Assembly (NCBI GenBank): GCA_049997875.1
Contig: JBEKRC010000001.1
Coordinates: forward strand, 14,775 to 78,774
Source of the DNA: Minisyncoccia bacterium
GTDB taxonomy: Bacteria > Patescibacteriota > Minisyncoccia > UBA6257 > 2-01-FULL-56-20
DNA length: 64,000 nucleotides
Direction: 5' to 3'
In this document: positions 1-16,928 of the stretch, one piece after another
Layout: each line of letters opens with the position of its first letter
Numbering within the stretch: position 1 is the first letter of the stretch
The notes under the pieces: model-generated
What the model saw: the letters and a program-made list of their open reading frames with translations, nothing else
Database searches by the model: none
Told to the model about the DNA's origin: nothing
Made by a program: the position numbers and the translations under genes

Positions 1-619
1 TCCATTTTCTGACCTCGATGATTTTTTCAGGAAAATCGGCAAGACTGCGAAAGCGAGAGGTAGAAAGTTTATTTCAGCCTATTGGGACCGACTGGATGCT
101 TTAAGCCATGCCGAAGGAACGGAAAGCGAACGCACAATCCGACATTTCAGAGAGTTGGACAAGAAAATATCTGAACTGGCGAAATCGCTAAAAGATACCA
201 ATACAACCATCATCGTGACGGCAGATCATGGATTGGTTAATCGCAGCAAGGACAAAATCATCGATTTGAAAAATCATCCCAAACTCCAAGACATGCTTGT
301 CGTGCCGCTCACCGGGGATGCCCGCACCGTCTATTGTTACGTAAGGCCAGACGCAACAAAACAATTTGAGAAGTACGTGAAAACGAAGCTTAGAAAGTTC
401 TGTGAACTTTACAAGAGCGATGATCTTATAGAAAGAGGTTTTTTCGGCTTATACAAACCACATAAAAAGTTAAAGGACAGAGTTGGAGATTACACCATCA
501 TCATGAAGGAAAACTATATCATTCAAGACCATGTTCCCGGCGCAGAAAAGAAAAATCATATCGGCCGGCATGGAGGTATAAGCAAAGAGGAGATGTATGT
601 TCCGTTAATCGTCATCTGA
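1..619 (+). CDS. 5'-partial alkaline-phosphatase-superfamily metalloenzyme, C-terminal part (cofactor-independent phosphoglycerate mutase / phosphopentomutase-like)
   Basis: The frame is open from the window start, and the listed ORF begins at a TTG. It carries TADHG and HGG..S.EE..VPL motifs typical of AlkP-core metalloenzymes. Confidence 0.5.
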   Translation, partial: PFSDLDDFFRKIGKTAKARGRKFISAYWDRLDALSHAEGTESERTIRHFRELDKKISELAKSLKDTNTTIIVTADHGLVNRSKDKIIDLKNHPKLQDMLVVPLTGDARTVYCYVRPDATKQFEKYVKTKLRKFCELYKSDDLIERGFFGLYKPHKKLKDRVGDYTIIMKENYIIQDHVPGAEKKNHIGRHGGISKEEMYVPLIVI

Positions 620-702
620 AGGATACGGAAAGATAACTTCCTTGTGCAGATTTTACGATACTAAACCAGATCGGTGACTTTTCGAAAGTAATAGCTTATA
701 TT

Positions 703-1527
703 TCACAACGCAACCCTCTTCAATTTTGCGGCTTTCCCAAACCACCTGTGGGACAACCGCACATACGCCGGCGTGATGTCCGTAACAAGGAATTCCCTTT
801 TGCGCTTCCTGCTCAACTGCGAATTTATCTCCGGGTGTCGCTTTAAATAATCTTTTAACTTGTGAGGGATGATCTCGTCCTGCGAAATGACGGCAACGCC
901 TGAGATTTTTCTAATCATTGTTTTGAGTGCTGGATAATGGGTGCACCCGAGGATTATTTTTTCTACTTTTTTCTTGGCAAGCGGCGCGAGATACGCCCGC
1001 ACGATGGGCTCTGCCCAGCGCAGTCCGTCATTCTCAATTAGGGGAACGAGTAGTGGCGCGGCACTTTGGAAAACTTTCACGTGCGGGTTCAGCTTGTGCG
1101 TCTCGCGTACATATGTCCCCGACCGGACCGTGCCGTTGGTGGCGAGCACGCCGAGCCGCTTTATCTCTGGGGCATGCCTGATATTGCCCTTACCGCCAAC
1201 CGCGAGCGCTTCTTCTACGGTCGGGATTATCACGCCGAGGACTCGCCGCTTTGGATAATGATGGGGGAGATGTTGCCGCTGAATCTTCCGGAGCGCCTCC
1301 GCGGAAGCCGTGTTGCACGCAACGACAATAAGCCCGCAATTTTTTTCGCGGAAAAGATATCCCACTGCCTCTTTTAAAAATTGATGTACCGTCTCCGGCG
1401 AACGATTGCCATACGGCACCCGTTGCGTGTCGCCGAGATAGACGTAATCATATCGCGGAAGCTCGCGCGCCAAAGCCCGCATGATGAACAATCCGCCGAG
1501 GCCCGAGTCAAATACCCCGATCTTCAT
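703..1527 (-). CDS. murI: glutamate racemase
   Basis: The 274-aa product has GVFDSGLGG and ACNTAS motifs. It overlaps the serS stop by 4 nt. Confidence 0.9.
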   Translation of the reverse strand: MKIGVFDSGLGGLFIMRALARELPRYDYVYLGDTQRVPYGNRSPETVHQFLKEAVGYLFREKNCGLIVVACNTASAEALRKIQRQHLPHHYPKRRVLGVIIPTVEEALAVGGKGNIRHAPEIKRLGVLATNGTVRSGTYVRETHKLNPHVKVFQSAAPLLVPLIENDGLRWAEPIVRAYLAPLAKKKVEKIILGCTHYPALKTMIRKISGVAVISQDEIIPHKLKDYLKRHPEINSQLSRKRKREFLVTDITPAYVRLSHRWFGKAAKLKRVAL

Positions 1528-2798
1528 CCAATCACGTTCTTACCAACATACTTCTGTAACACCTTCGGCACTTCAATCTTCCCATCCTTCGTCTGGTAGT
1601 TTTCCAAAATCGCCATGAAGATCCGCGGGCTCGGGAGCGCAGTGTTATTCAGTAGATACACAAACTTTTTATTTCCCGCAGCATCAACATACTTCACATT
1701 CAGCCGACGCGCCTGCCAGTCCAAAAAGTCGCTCGCAGAACCGGTTTCCGCCCAGCGCTTCCCCACTGGAAGCCATGCTTCCAGATCAAATGCGCGATAC
1801 TTCCCCGGACTCATGTCGCCCGAACAGAGCTGTATGCGCCGATAGGGCAGCCCAAGCTCCTCGTGCATCTCACCGGAAATCGCCGTCATCTCATCCTGTA
1901 GCTTGTTCGCCTTTGAAATATCGGCTTCGGCAACCACCACCTGCTCTACTTTCATAAATTCGTGAACACGGTACATTCCTTTCACATCCTTCCCATAACT
2001 GCCTATCTCGCTCCGGTAGCACTGGCTGTAACCGCATATTTTTATCGGAAGATCTTCCACCTTGAGCGTCTCGTCGGCAAAGTATGCGAGGAGTGACGGT
2101 TCCGCCGTCCCCACAAGAAACTTTTTCTCGTGGCTCAATTCTCCGCTTGCCTCCCTGTCCGAGGTTGCTATCTGGTAAATTTCATCCACCGCGGGGTCAT
2201 ATTCAAATCCCTTGAAATAACCGCTGCCGAAGAGCGCGGAGCCCTTCACGAGCGTTGGCGGGATCATCGGCTTGTATCCCTTCTCCACCATTTTTTGGAG
2301 CGCGTACATCATAATGCCCATCATCAAAAGCGCCCCGTCGCCCTTCACGTAATAGCCGCGAAAGCCCGCGACCTTCGTCCCCCGCTCAAAATCCAGAATG
2401 TTGAGCGCCGTGCCGAGCTCTATGTGGTCTTTCGGCGTGAAATCAAATTCCTTTTGCTTCCCCCAACGATAGATCTCGGGGTTGTCCTCGCCGCTCTTTC
2501 CAACTGGCGTATCGGGAGAAATGATGTTCGGCACGAGCGCCATCAGTTCATTGAACTCCCGCTCTCTTGTTTTCAGTTCCTCTTCTTCACTCTTGAACTG
2601 CTCTTTTAATTTTTTTGCCTCGTCGCGATCCTTGGTCGCCTTTTGCTTCGCGCGCAATCCCTCCGCGGCCTGGATGCGCTCCCGCCGCGCCTTGTCCACG
2701 CGGAGAAGCTCGTCGATCACCTTCGGATCCAAATTCTTTTTCGCCGCAACGTCCTTCAGAAGTTCCGCATTCTCGCGGATAAATTTGATGTCCAACAT
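1524..2798 (-). CDS. serS: seryl-tRNA synthetase
   Basis: The 424-aa product starts MLDIKFIREN, has an N-terminal coiled-coil arm and a class II core. The ORF track extends upstream without a stop; an internal ATG at 2796-2798 was chosen, and 2810 is an alternative start. Confidence 0.9.
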   Translation of the reverse strand: MLDIKFIRENAELLKDVAAKKNLDPKVIDELLRVDKARRERIQAAEGLRAKQKATKDRDEAKKLKEQFKSEEEELKTREREFNELMALVPNIISPDTPVGKSGEDNPEIYRWGKQKEFDFTPKDHIELGTALNILDFERGTKVAGFRGYYVKGDGALLMMGIMMYALQKMVEKGYKPMIPPTLVKGSALFGSGYFKGFEYDPAVDEIYQIATSDREASGELSHEKKFLVGTAEPSLLAYFADETLKVEDLPIKICGYSQCYRSEIGSYGKDVKGMYRVHEFMKVEQVVVAEADISKANKLQDEMTAISGEMHEELGLPYRRIQLCSGDMSPGKYRAFDLEAWLPVGKRWAETGSASDFLDWQARRLNVKYVDAAGNKKFVYLLNNTALPSPRIFMAILENYQTKDGKIEVPKVLQKYVGKNVIG

Positions 2799-2886
2799 AT
2801 TGATTTTCATTCTATACCATTGAACGCGAAAGGTGAAGCGTGGTATGCTTTTTATGGATAGCAATTTGTCACAAAGGAGGGCGGGA

Positions 2887-3138
2887 ATGAAACGAGCCGC
2901 GTTCACGGTATTATTGTTGCTATTTGTTCTATTCTCCTTTCTACCGCTGTTTGCAAGCGCGAATGGCGGAATAATGGTGAATGGACAAACCGTTGTGATC
3001 GCAAAAGAAGGGCTGCCGCCGATGGTCCAGAAAAAAGTCCCCAACCAAAAGAAGTTGAAAAGGATGGGGAGGCGGCTCATAAACCATGGAAAAGTACATG
3101 TCGGGAGAATAGGACACAAAGACAACCTTCTGCATTGA
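2887..3138 (+). CDS. small secreted/membrane protein (83 aa), hypothetical
   Basis: An ATG lies 6 nt after an AAGGAGG Shine-Dalgarno site. The N-terminus is hydrophobic and signal-like (AAFTVLLLLFVLFSFLPLFASA). Confidence 0.4.
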   Translation: MKRAAFTVLLLLFVLFSFLPLFASANGGIMVNGQTVVIAKEGLPPMVQKKVPNQKKLKRMGRRLINHGKVHVGRIGHKDNLLH

Positions 3139-3221
3139 TCGGCAATCCTTGCAAGCACCTCCGCGGAGCGTTCACGGCCAGCGCCGGCGCCTCCGCGGAG
3201 GATTTTTATTTCAATGAAATC

Positions 3222-3250
3222 TTGAAAATGCGTGACTTTCGGCTTACAAT
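3222..3250 (+). promoter_or_regulatory. sigma70-like promoter (TTGAAA-17-TACAAT) upstream of thrS
   Basis: The -35 TTGAAA is at 3222-3227, a 17-nt spacer follows, and the -10 TACAAT is at 3245-3250. The predicted TSS lies 1-2 nt before the thrS ATG, suggesting a leaderless mRNA. Confidence 0.35.
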
Positions 3251-3258
3251 ATGTATAT

Positions 3259-5010
3259 ATGGGTAAATCCGAATCTGTTCCGCTTGACGCCATCCGCCAC
3301 TCGCTCGCGCACTTGCTCGCGGCGGCGGTTTTGAAAGAATTCCCGGAGGCGAAACTCGGCATCGGCCCCACGATCGAGAACGGCTTTTATTATGACTTTC
3401 TCCTTCCACGGACGCTCATACCGGACGACTTGAAGACACTTGAAAAAGCAATGCGCGAGCTCGCGAAAAAGAACCTGCCGTTTGCGGGCGAGGAAATTTC
3501 TGCTGCCGAAGCAAAGAAATTATTTGCAAAACAACCATTTAAACTGGAGCTTATCAAGGAACTCGCGGATGCCCATGAGAAGATCGGTATCTACCGCACG
3601 GGCGAGGTTTTTCTGGATCTCTGCCGCGGTGGCCACGTCACGAACACGAAGGAAATCCCGCTTGATGGATTCAAGCTGGACAAAATTGCGGGCGCTTACT
3701 GGCGCGGCGACGAGAAAAATCCGATGCTCCAGCGTATCTACGGCCTCGCGTTCGGAAGCAAAAAAGAATTGGACGACTTTTTGAAGCTCCGCGAGGAAGC
3801 CGAGAAGCGCGACCACAAAAAGCTCGGTGAGCGGCTGGATCTTTTTACGTTTTCTGACCTCGTGGGGCCGGGACTTCCTCTTTGGACCCCGAAGGGCACG
3901 CTCCTCCGCAATCTCTTGGACGACTTTGTTTGGGAACTCCGTAAAAAGCGCGGCTATGTGCAGGTGGACATTCCCCACCTCGCGAAAAAAGAACTTTATG
4001 AAACAAGCGGCCACTGGGAAAAATTCAAAGACGATCTTTTCAAGATAACGACGCGCGAGGGGCACCTCTTCGCGATGAAGCCGATGAACTGCCCGCATCA
4101 CGCACAGATCTACGCGCGGCGGCAATGGAGCTACCGTGAACTCCCCCAGCGGTATGCCACGACGACCAAAGTGTATCGCGACGAGCAGTCGGGAGAACTC
4201 GCGGGAATCACGCGCGTGCTCGCAATCACGCAAGACGATGCGCACGTGTTCTGCCGCGAGTCGCAGGCCAAAGAGGAATTCGGGAAAATCTGGGATATTG
4301 TGCACGAGTTCTACGGCGTGTTCGGTTTTTCGCTTCGCGTGCGGCTCTCGCTCCACGATCCCATGCATCCCGAAAAATACCTTGGCGACGCGAAGCATTG
4401 GAAACGGGCGGAAACCATGCTCCGCGAGATCGCTGCGGAGAAAAAAGCGGCCGCGTTCGAGGGCGCTGGCGAGGCGGCGTTCTACGGCCCGAAACTGGAC
4501 TTCATGGCAAAGGACGCGCTCGGCCGTGAACACCAAGTGGCGACCATCCAACTAGATATGAACATGCCGGAGCGTTTTGACCTTTTCTGCGTAAACGAGA
4601 AAGGCGAACGCGAGCGGATCGTAATGATCCACGCCGCCATCATGGGCTCCATTGAACGGTTCCTCGGCGTGCTTATCGAACATTTTGCCGGCGCATTTCC
4701 GGTCTGGCTCGCGCCCGTGCAGGCAACCGTACTCCCCATAAGCGAAAAATTTTCGGGATATGCGCACGAGGTTTATGAAAAACTTACGACTGCCGGCGTC
4801 CGCGCCGAACTTTCCGAAGCGAACGAATCGCTCAGCAAGCGCATCCGCGAGGCCGAACTCATGAAGATTCCCTACGTGCTCGTGGTTGGCGAGAAAGAAC
4901 AAAAAAACGGCACGGTGGCCGCACGGACAAGAAAAGGAGACGAGGGCTCGCAGAATTTGGATGATTTTCTGAAGAATATCAGAGAAAATATTGAGAGAAA
5001 AAAGCTGTAA
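3259..5010 (+). CDS. thrS: threonyl-tRNA synthetase lacking the N-terminal TGS domain
   Basis: The product starts at an HSLAHLL-type N2 region, followed by a class II core and anticodon-binding domain. The ATG at 3259 is preferred over the upstream GTG at 3232. Confidence 0.9.
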   Translation: MGKSESVPLDAIRHSLAHLLAAAVLKEFPEAKLGIGPTIENGFYYDFLLPRTLIPDDLKTLEKAMRELAKKNLPFAGEEISAAEAKKLFAKQPFKLELIKELADAHEKIGIYRTGEVFLDLCRGGHVTNTKEIPLDGFKLDKIAGAYWRGDEKNPMLQRIYGLAFGSKKELDDFLKLREEAEKRDHKKLGERLDLFTFSDLVGPGLPLWTPKGTLLRNLLDDFVWELRKKRGYVQVDIPHLAKKELYETSGHWEKFKDDLFKITTREGHLFAMKPMNCPHHAQIYARRQWSYRELPQRYATTTKVYRDEQSGELAGITRVLAITQDDAHVFCRESQAKEEFGKIWDIVHEFYGVFGFSLRVRLSLHDPMHPEKYLGDAKHWKRAETMLREIAAEKKAAAFEGAGEAAFYGPKLDFMAKDALGREHQVATIQLDMNMPERFDLFCVNEKGERERIVMIHAAIMGSIERFLGVLIEHFAGAFPVWLAPVQATVLPISEKFSGYAHEVYEKLTTAGVRAELSEANESLSKRIREAELMKIPYVLVVGEKEQKNGTVAARTRKGDEGSQNLDDFLKNIRENIERKKL

Positions 5011-5176
5011 AAAGGAAAGAAGCCTGGATGGCATGTGGTCGGGTGGGTCCGGGTGAGCGCAAGGGTGCGATAGGCCACAATACTCTCCAGGCTGAAAGAT
5101 CCGAGGGGTCCATCCTCGGATGGCTAACCATGATACTCAGGCGGGGAAACTTACCTAGAAGGAATAATACCATCTT

Positions 5177-6118
5177 ATGAAACCGCTGTCAAGTGCACGC
5201 CCTCGCTTGAAATTAGTGGCTATCGTTGGCCCAACAGCAAGCGGAAAAACCACCCTCGCGGCCGCCCTAGCCAAAAAGTTCAATAGTGAAATCGTCTCCG
5301 CCGATTCGCGACAGATCTACCGCGGGATGGACATCGGTACGGCAAAGCCGACAAAGCAGGAGCGGCGCGCCGTCCCCCATCATCTTATTGATATAAAAAA
5401 TCCGGACGAGCATTATACGGTCGCAGAGTACAAGGCGGATGCCATTGCCGCGATCAAAAACATTTTGCGGAGAAAAAAACTGCCCATTCTTGTCGGCGGC
5501 ACGGGACTGTACGTAAGGGCGGTACTGGACAACCTTGACATCCCAAAAGTAAGCGCGGACCCAACGCTACGCGCCGCGATTGAAGGCGAAATCAAGAAAA
5601 AAGGGCTCGCCGCAGTCGCGAAAAAACTTGTGGCGCTTGATCCCGAAGCAGCGGACATCGTAGATCTGAAAAATCCGCGGCGCGTCGTGCGGGCGCTTGA
5701 GGTCGCGCTCGCGACCGGGAAACCATTCACCGCCCAGCGCAAAATGCGCCCGCCGCTTTTTGACACGCTCAAAATCGGCCTCGATCCCCCGCCAGACGAA
5801 CTCCGCAAGCGCATCAACGCCCGCGTGGACCGGATGATGCGCGCCGGACTCCTCACGGAAGTCAAGCATCTCTTGAAAAAATATAGTGCCGATTGCGAGG
5901 CGTTGAGCGCCATCGGCTACCGCGAGCTTGTAAACCACCTCCAAGGAAAAATTTCCCTCAAAGATGCGGTGGCGCGCATCAAAATCAACACGTGGCGCTA
6001 CGCCAAACGCCAGTTAACGTGGTTCGGGAAAGATAAAGACCTTCACTGGATCCGGCAACCTCGCGAGGCCATAGTGTCCTTCAAGCGCCATTCAGGTGCC
6101 GTTCAAAAAGTTCTTTGA
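5177..6118 (+). CDS. miaA: tRNA dimethylallyltransferase
   Basis: VAIVGPTASGKT P-loop followed by ADSRQIYRGMDIGTAKP. Confidence 0.9.
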   Translation: MKPLSSARPRLKLVAIVGPTASGKTTLAAALAKKFNSEIVSADSRQIYRGMDIGTAKPTKQERRAVPHHLIDIKNPDEHYTVAEYKADAIAAIKNILRRKKLPILVGGTGLYVRAVLDNLDIPKVSADPTLRAAIEGEIKKKGLAAVAKKLVALDPEAADIVDLKNPRRVVRALEVALATGKPFTAQRKMRPPLFDTLKIGLDPPPDELRKRINARVDRMMRAGLLTEVKHLLKKYSADCEALSAIGYRELVNHLQGKISLKDAVARIKINTWRYAKRQLTWFGKDKDLHWIRQPREAIVSFKRHSGAVQKVL

Positions 6119-7505
6119 GCGTCGTGGGCTGCGCGCGGCCCTTCAATTTCCCCATCGCCTTGCCGATCAGAAACTGCAGACTGGCGGTCTTGCCCTTTTT
6201 ATAGTCGGCAACGGCGGTTGGATTTTCCGCAACGACCGCGCGCACGACCGCCGCTATCTCGCCCTCATCAGAGACCACGCCAATGCCCTCGCTTGCGGCG
6301 ATCTCCTCCGGATCATCGCCGGTCGCAAACATTTTCGCGAGCATATCCTTCGCCTGGCGACTTGTTATTTTCTTTTCTTCAATGAGCGCCGCGAGGTGCG
6401 CGAGGTGCTCCGGTGCCACTTTCAATTCCGAGAATGCCACATTATCCTCGTTCATCAAACCGCGCAAGTCGCTCGTAAGATAATTATAGAGCGTCGCAAC
6501 GGCGGTGGCGGACAAACGTTCACCCGGCAACTGCTCGCGAAGCTCCGACGCCGCTTCTTCAAAATAATTTGCGGCGAAAAGGTCAGAGACCAAAATTTCC
6601 ACCTGCGGCGCAGCGAGGCCGTATTCATGCGCGAATCGCACTCGCTTTTGCGCGGGAAGTTCGGGCAGCGTCTCGCGCAACCTTTCGGGCTCAAACGCAG
6701 CCGTCTCAAACGGCGGGATATCCGGCTCGGGGAAATAGCGGTAATCGTGCGCCTCCTCTTTTGATCGCTGTGACGCGGTTTTTTGTTTCGTATCGTCCCA
6801 CCCGCGCGTTTCTTGCGTCAACTTCTCCCCGCGCACGAGCACCTCTTCCTGCCGTGCGAGTTCATATTCCACCGCATCATGCACCGCCTTGAACGAATTA
6901 ATGTTTTTGAGCTCCACTTTCGTGCCCATATCCAGGCTCACGTTCACCTCAATGCGCATCTCCCCTTTTTCCATGTCGGCGTCCGAAACGCCAAGATAGC
7001 GCACTATGAGCTGAAGCTCACGCGCGAAAGCAGCCGTGTCGTCCGCACTATGCAAGTCCGGCTCCGTCACAAGTTCCATCAAAGGCACGCCGGAACGGTT
7101 GTAATCCACGAGCGAGGCACCCTCCGCGTGCACGAGCGTCCCCGTGTCTTCTTCCAGGTGGACCCGCCGGATGCGGACGCCCATCAATTCGCCGCCGTGG
7201 ATGAGCGGCCTGTCGTACTGCGAAATCTGATAACCCTTCGGGAGGTCGGGATAGAAATAATTTTTGCGGTCAAACTTGGTAACCGCGTTCACGTGTCCGC
7301 CAAGCGCGAGTCCGGTTTTCAGCACGTACGCTATCGCTTGTTTGTTTGGAACAGGCAATGTCCCCGGATGCCCGAGGCACACCGGGCAGACGTTCGTGTT
7401 TGGACGCTTTTCCCCGGGATTATTCAGTGAATCGCAGAACATCTTCGTCCGCGTTTTCAATTCCGCGTGGATCTCCAAGCCAATGGTCGGTTGATGCCCT
7501 GCCAT
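6081..7505 (-). CDS. gatB: Asp-tRNA(Asn)/Glu-tRNA(Gln) amidotransferase subunit B
   Basis: PTIGLEIHAEL, CPVCLGHPGTLP and a GatB/YqeY C-terminal domain. The ATG at 7503-7505 is preferred over the TTG at 7523. The 3' end overlaps miaA convergently. Confidence 0.9.
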   Translation of the reverse strand: MAGHQPTIGLEIHAELKTRTKMFCDSLNNPGEKRPNTNVCPVCLGHPGTLPVPNKQAIAYVLKTGLALGGHVNAVTKFDRKNYFYPDLPKGYQISQYDRPLIHGGELMGVRIRRVHLEEDTGTLVHAEGASLVDYNRSGVPLMELVTEPDLHSADDTAAFARELQLIVRYLGVSDADMEKGEMRIEVNVSLDMGTKVELKNINSFKAVHDAVEYELARQEEVLVRGEKLTQETRGWDDTKQKTASQRSKEEAHDYRYFPEPDIPPFETAAFEPERLRETLPELPAQKRVRFAHEYGLAAPQVEILVSDLFAANYFEEAASELREQLPGERLSATAVATLYNYLTSDLRGLMNEDNVAFSELKVAPEHLAHLAALIEEKKITSRQAKDMLAKMFATGDDPEEIAASEGIGVVSDEGEIAAVVRAVVAENPTAVADYKKGKTASLQFLIGKAMGKLKGRAQPTTLKELFERHLNGA

Positions 7506-7538
7506 TGGCTTGATTATCCACAATTCGCGCGATGCATG

Positions 7539-8222
7539 TCAACCCAAAACTTTTTGGACGACTTGCCACACAAGGGCATGGATCTCGTCCGGTGAAAGAA
7601 GGACGCCTCCCGGCGCGCATTCAATCACTTCAAATTCCGCGGGAAAAAGCGCGGCGATTTCCAGGTATACTTCCTCCGCACGCTTCTGGTACGCGAAGTC
7701 CGCCTCGTGGAGGTCGCGTGCTTCGTTCCCACCTCCTCGGTGCTCCCGCACATGACTTTTTCCCGCAAGCTTGTAGGAAATTTCCGCGGGCACATGGAGC
7801 ACGATAGTCATGTCCGGCTTTGGAACGCCGAAGGTTCCAAATTCCAGCTCATGGAGCCAACGGTAAAATTTTTCGCGCTCTCCCCTGTGAGCAATCTTTG
7901 CTCCTTGATACGCCATGTTGGATGCGACGTAGCGGTTCGCGAGAATGATCCTTTCCTCTCCCAACCACTGAAGGATTTTCAATTTGACGTCAAAGCGATC
8001 CACGGCGAAAAGGATAGACGCCGCATGCGGTCCGAGCTCACCGCCGTATTTCCCGGTGAGATATTTCTCCACGAAATAGGAAGACGGCTCGCCGTACTGC
8101 GGGAAGTCCAGCGTCCCCAGCTTCGTGCCTTCTGGCAACGCGAGCACCAGCCGCTCAAACTGCACGGTCTTCCCCGAGCCGTCCGTTCCCTCTATCACGA
8201 TGAATTTGCCCCTTGCCGCCAT
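7539..8222 (-). CDS. tmk: thymidylate kinase
   Basis: FIVIEGTDGSGKT P-loop. Confidence 0.9.
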   Translation of the reverse strand: MAARGKFIVIEGTDGSGKTVQFERLVLALPEGTKLGTLDFPQYGEPSSYFVEKYLTGKYGGELGPHAASILFAVDRFDVKLKILQWLGEERIILANRYVASNMAYQGAKIAHRGEREKFYRWLHELEFGTFGVPKPDMTIVLHVPAEISYKLAGKSHVREHRGGGNEARDLHEADFAYQKRAEEVYLEIAALFPAEFEVIECAPGGVLLSPDEIHALVWQVVQKVLG

Positions 8223-8298
8223 GGCGATTCACCTCATTATATACCTTTTCGCCCTGAAAACATTTCTCCAGGCCCCGCCGCTCACAATAGCAATGCAG

Positions 8299-8724
8299 TC
8301 ACTCTACCACCTCAATTCCCATGTTCCGCGCGGTGCCGCGGATAATTTTTTCCGCCGCGTCCAAGTTGTCGGTGTTCAAGTCCGGCAGCTTCTTTTCTGC
8401 AATCTTCCGCACGTCTGCTTTTGTCACCTTTCCCACTTTCGTCGTAAGCGGATTCCCGGAACCCTTTTCAATGCCGGCAGCTTTTTTCAAGAGCGCTGCG
8501 GCCGGCGGGGTTTTTAAAATAAACTTGAAGCTGCGGTCTTCATAAATGGTAATAAGCGCCGGCACGACATCTCCCTTCATGTCCTTGGTCGCGTCGTTGA
8601 ACTGCTTGCAGAATTCTTGCAGATTGATGCCCTGCGGGCCCAACACCGTGCCCACCGGAGGCGCCGGATTCGCCGCTCCCGCCGGAAGCTGCAGCTTCAA
8701 AGTTGTTTTGATCTTCTTGGCCAT
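8299..8724 (-). CDS. rplK: 50S ribosomal protein L11
   Basis: [16 protein letters not shown]...[13 protein letters not shown]. The start is placed at the internal ATG at 8722-8724. Confidence 0.9.
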   Translation of the reverse strand: MAKKIKTTLKLQLPAGAANPAPPVGTVLGPQGINLQEFCKQFNDATKDMKGDVVPALITIYEDRSFKFILKTPPAAALLKKAAGIEKGSGNPLTTKVGKVTKADVRKIAEKKLPDLNTDNLDAAEKIIRGTARNMGIEVVE

Positions 8725-8769
8725 GTGAGAAATAGAATACAAAACTATCCCATAAAAATCAAATGTGGT

Positions 8770-9548
<779 letters not shown>

Positions 9549-9598
9549 CTACCACACGTGCCATTAAAAACATCTTAAAGAAAACTTGACAGCGGCCT

Positions 9599-9662
9599 GG
9601 GTGCGCTACTCGTGTTTGGGCGACTTCGTCTTCGCAGGAACCCAAACACGAGTAGCGCACCC
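9599..9662 (-). repeat. perfect 22-bp-stem hairpin with a 20-nt loop (element H1) between rpsF and ssb
   Basis: 9599-9620 is the exact reverse complement of 9641-9662. The loop cgacttcgtcttcgcaggaa matches the loop of the hairpin at 42633-42700 in 19 of 20 positions, in the same orientation relative to transcription. Confidence 0.6.
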
Positions 9663-9666
9663 TCGG

Positions 9667-10110
9667 TCACCCCAAGATTTCTTCTATCTTCTTCTCCAGC
9701 GCTTCGTTAGAAAGCGGGCGGGGCGCCGCCGAAGGCCGAGGTTCAGAAAGTGCTCTCCCGCGTTTTGGCGCGCGGAACGGGAACGAAGGCATGGCGGTGG
9801 GTTCCCGCTGTACGGCGACGGGAGATGCCACGGTAATCATTGAACGAATCACGTCTGGCTGCGTGCGGAGGTCATGTTCAAGGTTTTTTGCGTCTTCCCC
9901 CAACGCCGCAAATACACAGGAAACAAAGACTGCCTCCATGTTTCCTTTAATCTTGTATGCAAGCGCTATTTTTTTTGCGCGCGGTTCCGCGACTACCTCG
10001 CCGTTATGCTGACGGACAAGCTCCATCATGCGCGCAGCGTCGTCCTCGCTTTTGAGGAGAAGCGCAAGCTCATAGGTCTTTGTATCCGTTTCCATTTCTG
10101 CGTCGTCCAT
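9667..10110 (-). CDS. rpsF: 30S ribosomal protein S6
   Basis: YELALLL...LAYKI...VIRSMI S6 pattern. It lies upstream of ssb, as in the canonical rpsF-ssb order. The start could also be the Met at 10095. Confidence 0.75.
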   Translation of the reverse strand: MDDAEMETDTKTYELALLLKSEDDAARMMELVRQHNGEVVAEPRAKKIALAYKIKGNMEAVFVSCVFAALGEDAKNLEHDLRTQPDVIRSMITVASPVAVQREPTAMPSFPFRAPKRGRALSEPRPSAAPRPLSNEALEKKIEEILG

Positions 10111-10149
10111 GGCGTGGTCAGTATAATGGAAGCGCTGTGGTCTGTCCAG

Positions 10150-16881
<6,732 letters not shown>

Positions 16882-16928
16882 TACACACAAAAACGGTGCC
16901 ACTCTTTATTCCAAGAGGTCCCGTTGGC

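Noticed and set aside
5011-5176. SRP (4.5S) RNA
   Set aside because: No AGGUCCGGAAGGAAGCAGC-type domain IV motif and no symmetric-loop pattern. The region is reported only as a possible structured RNA.
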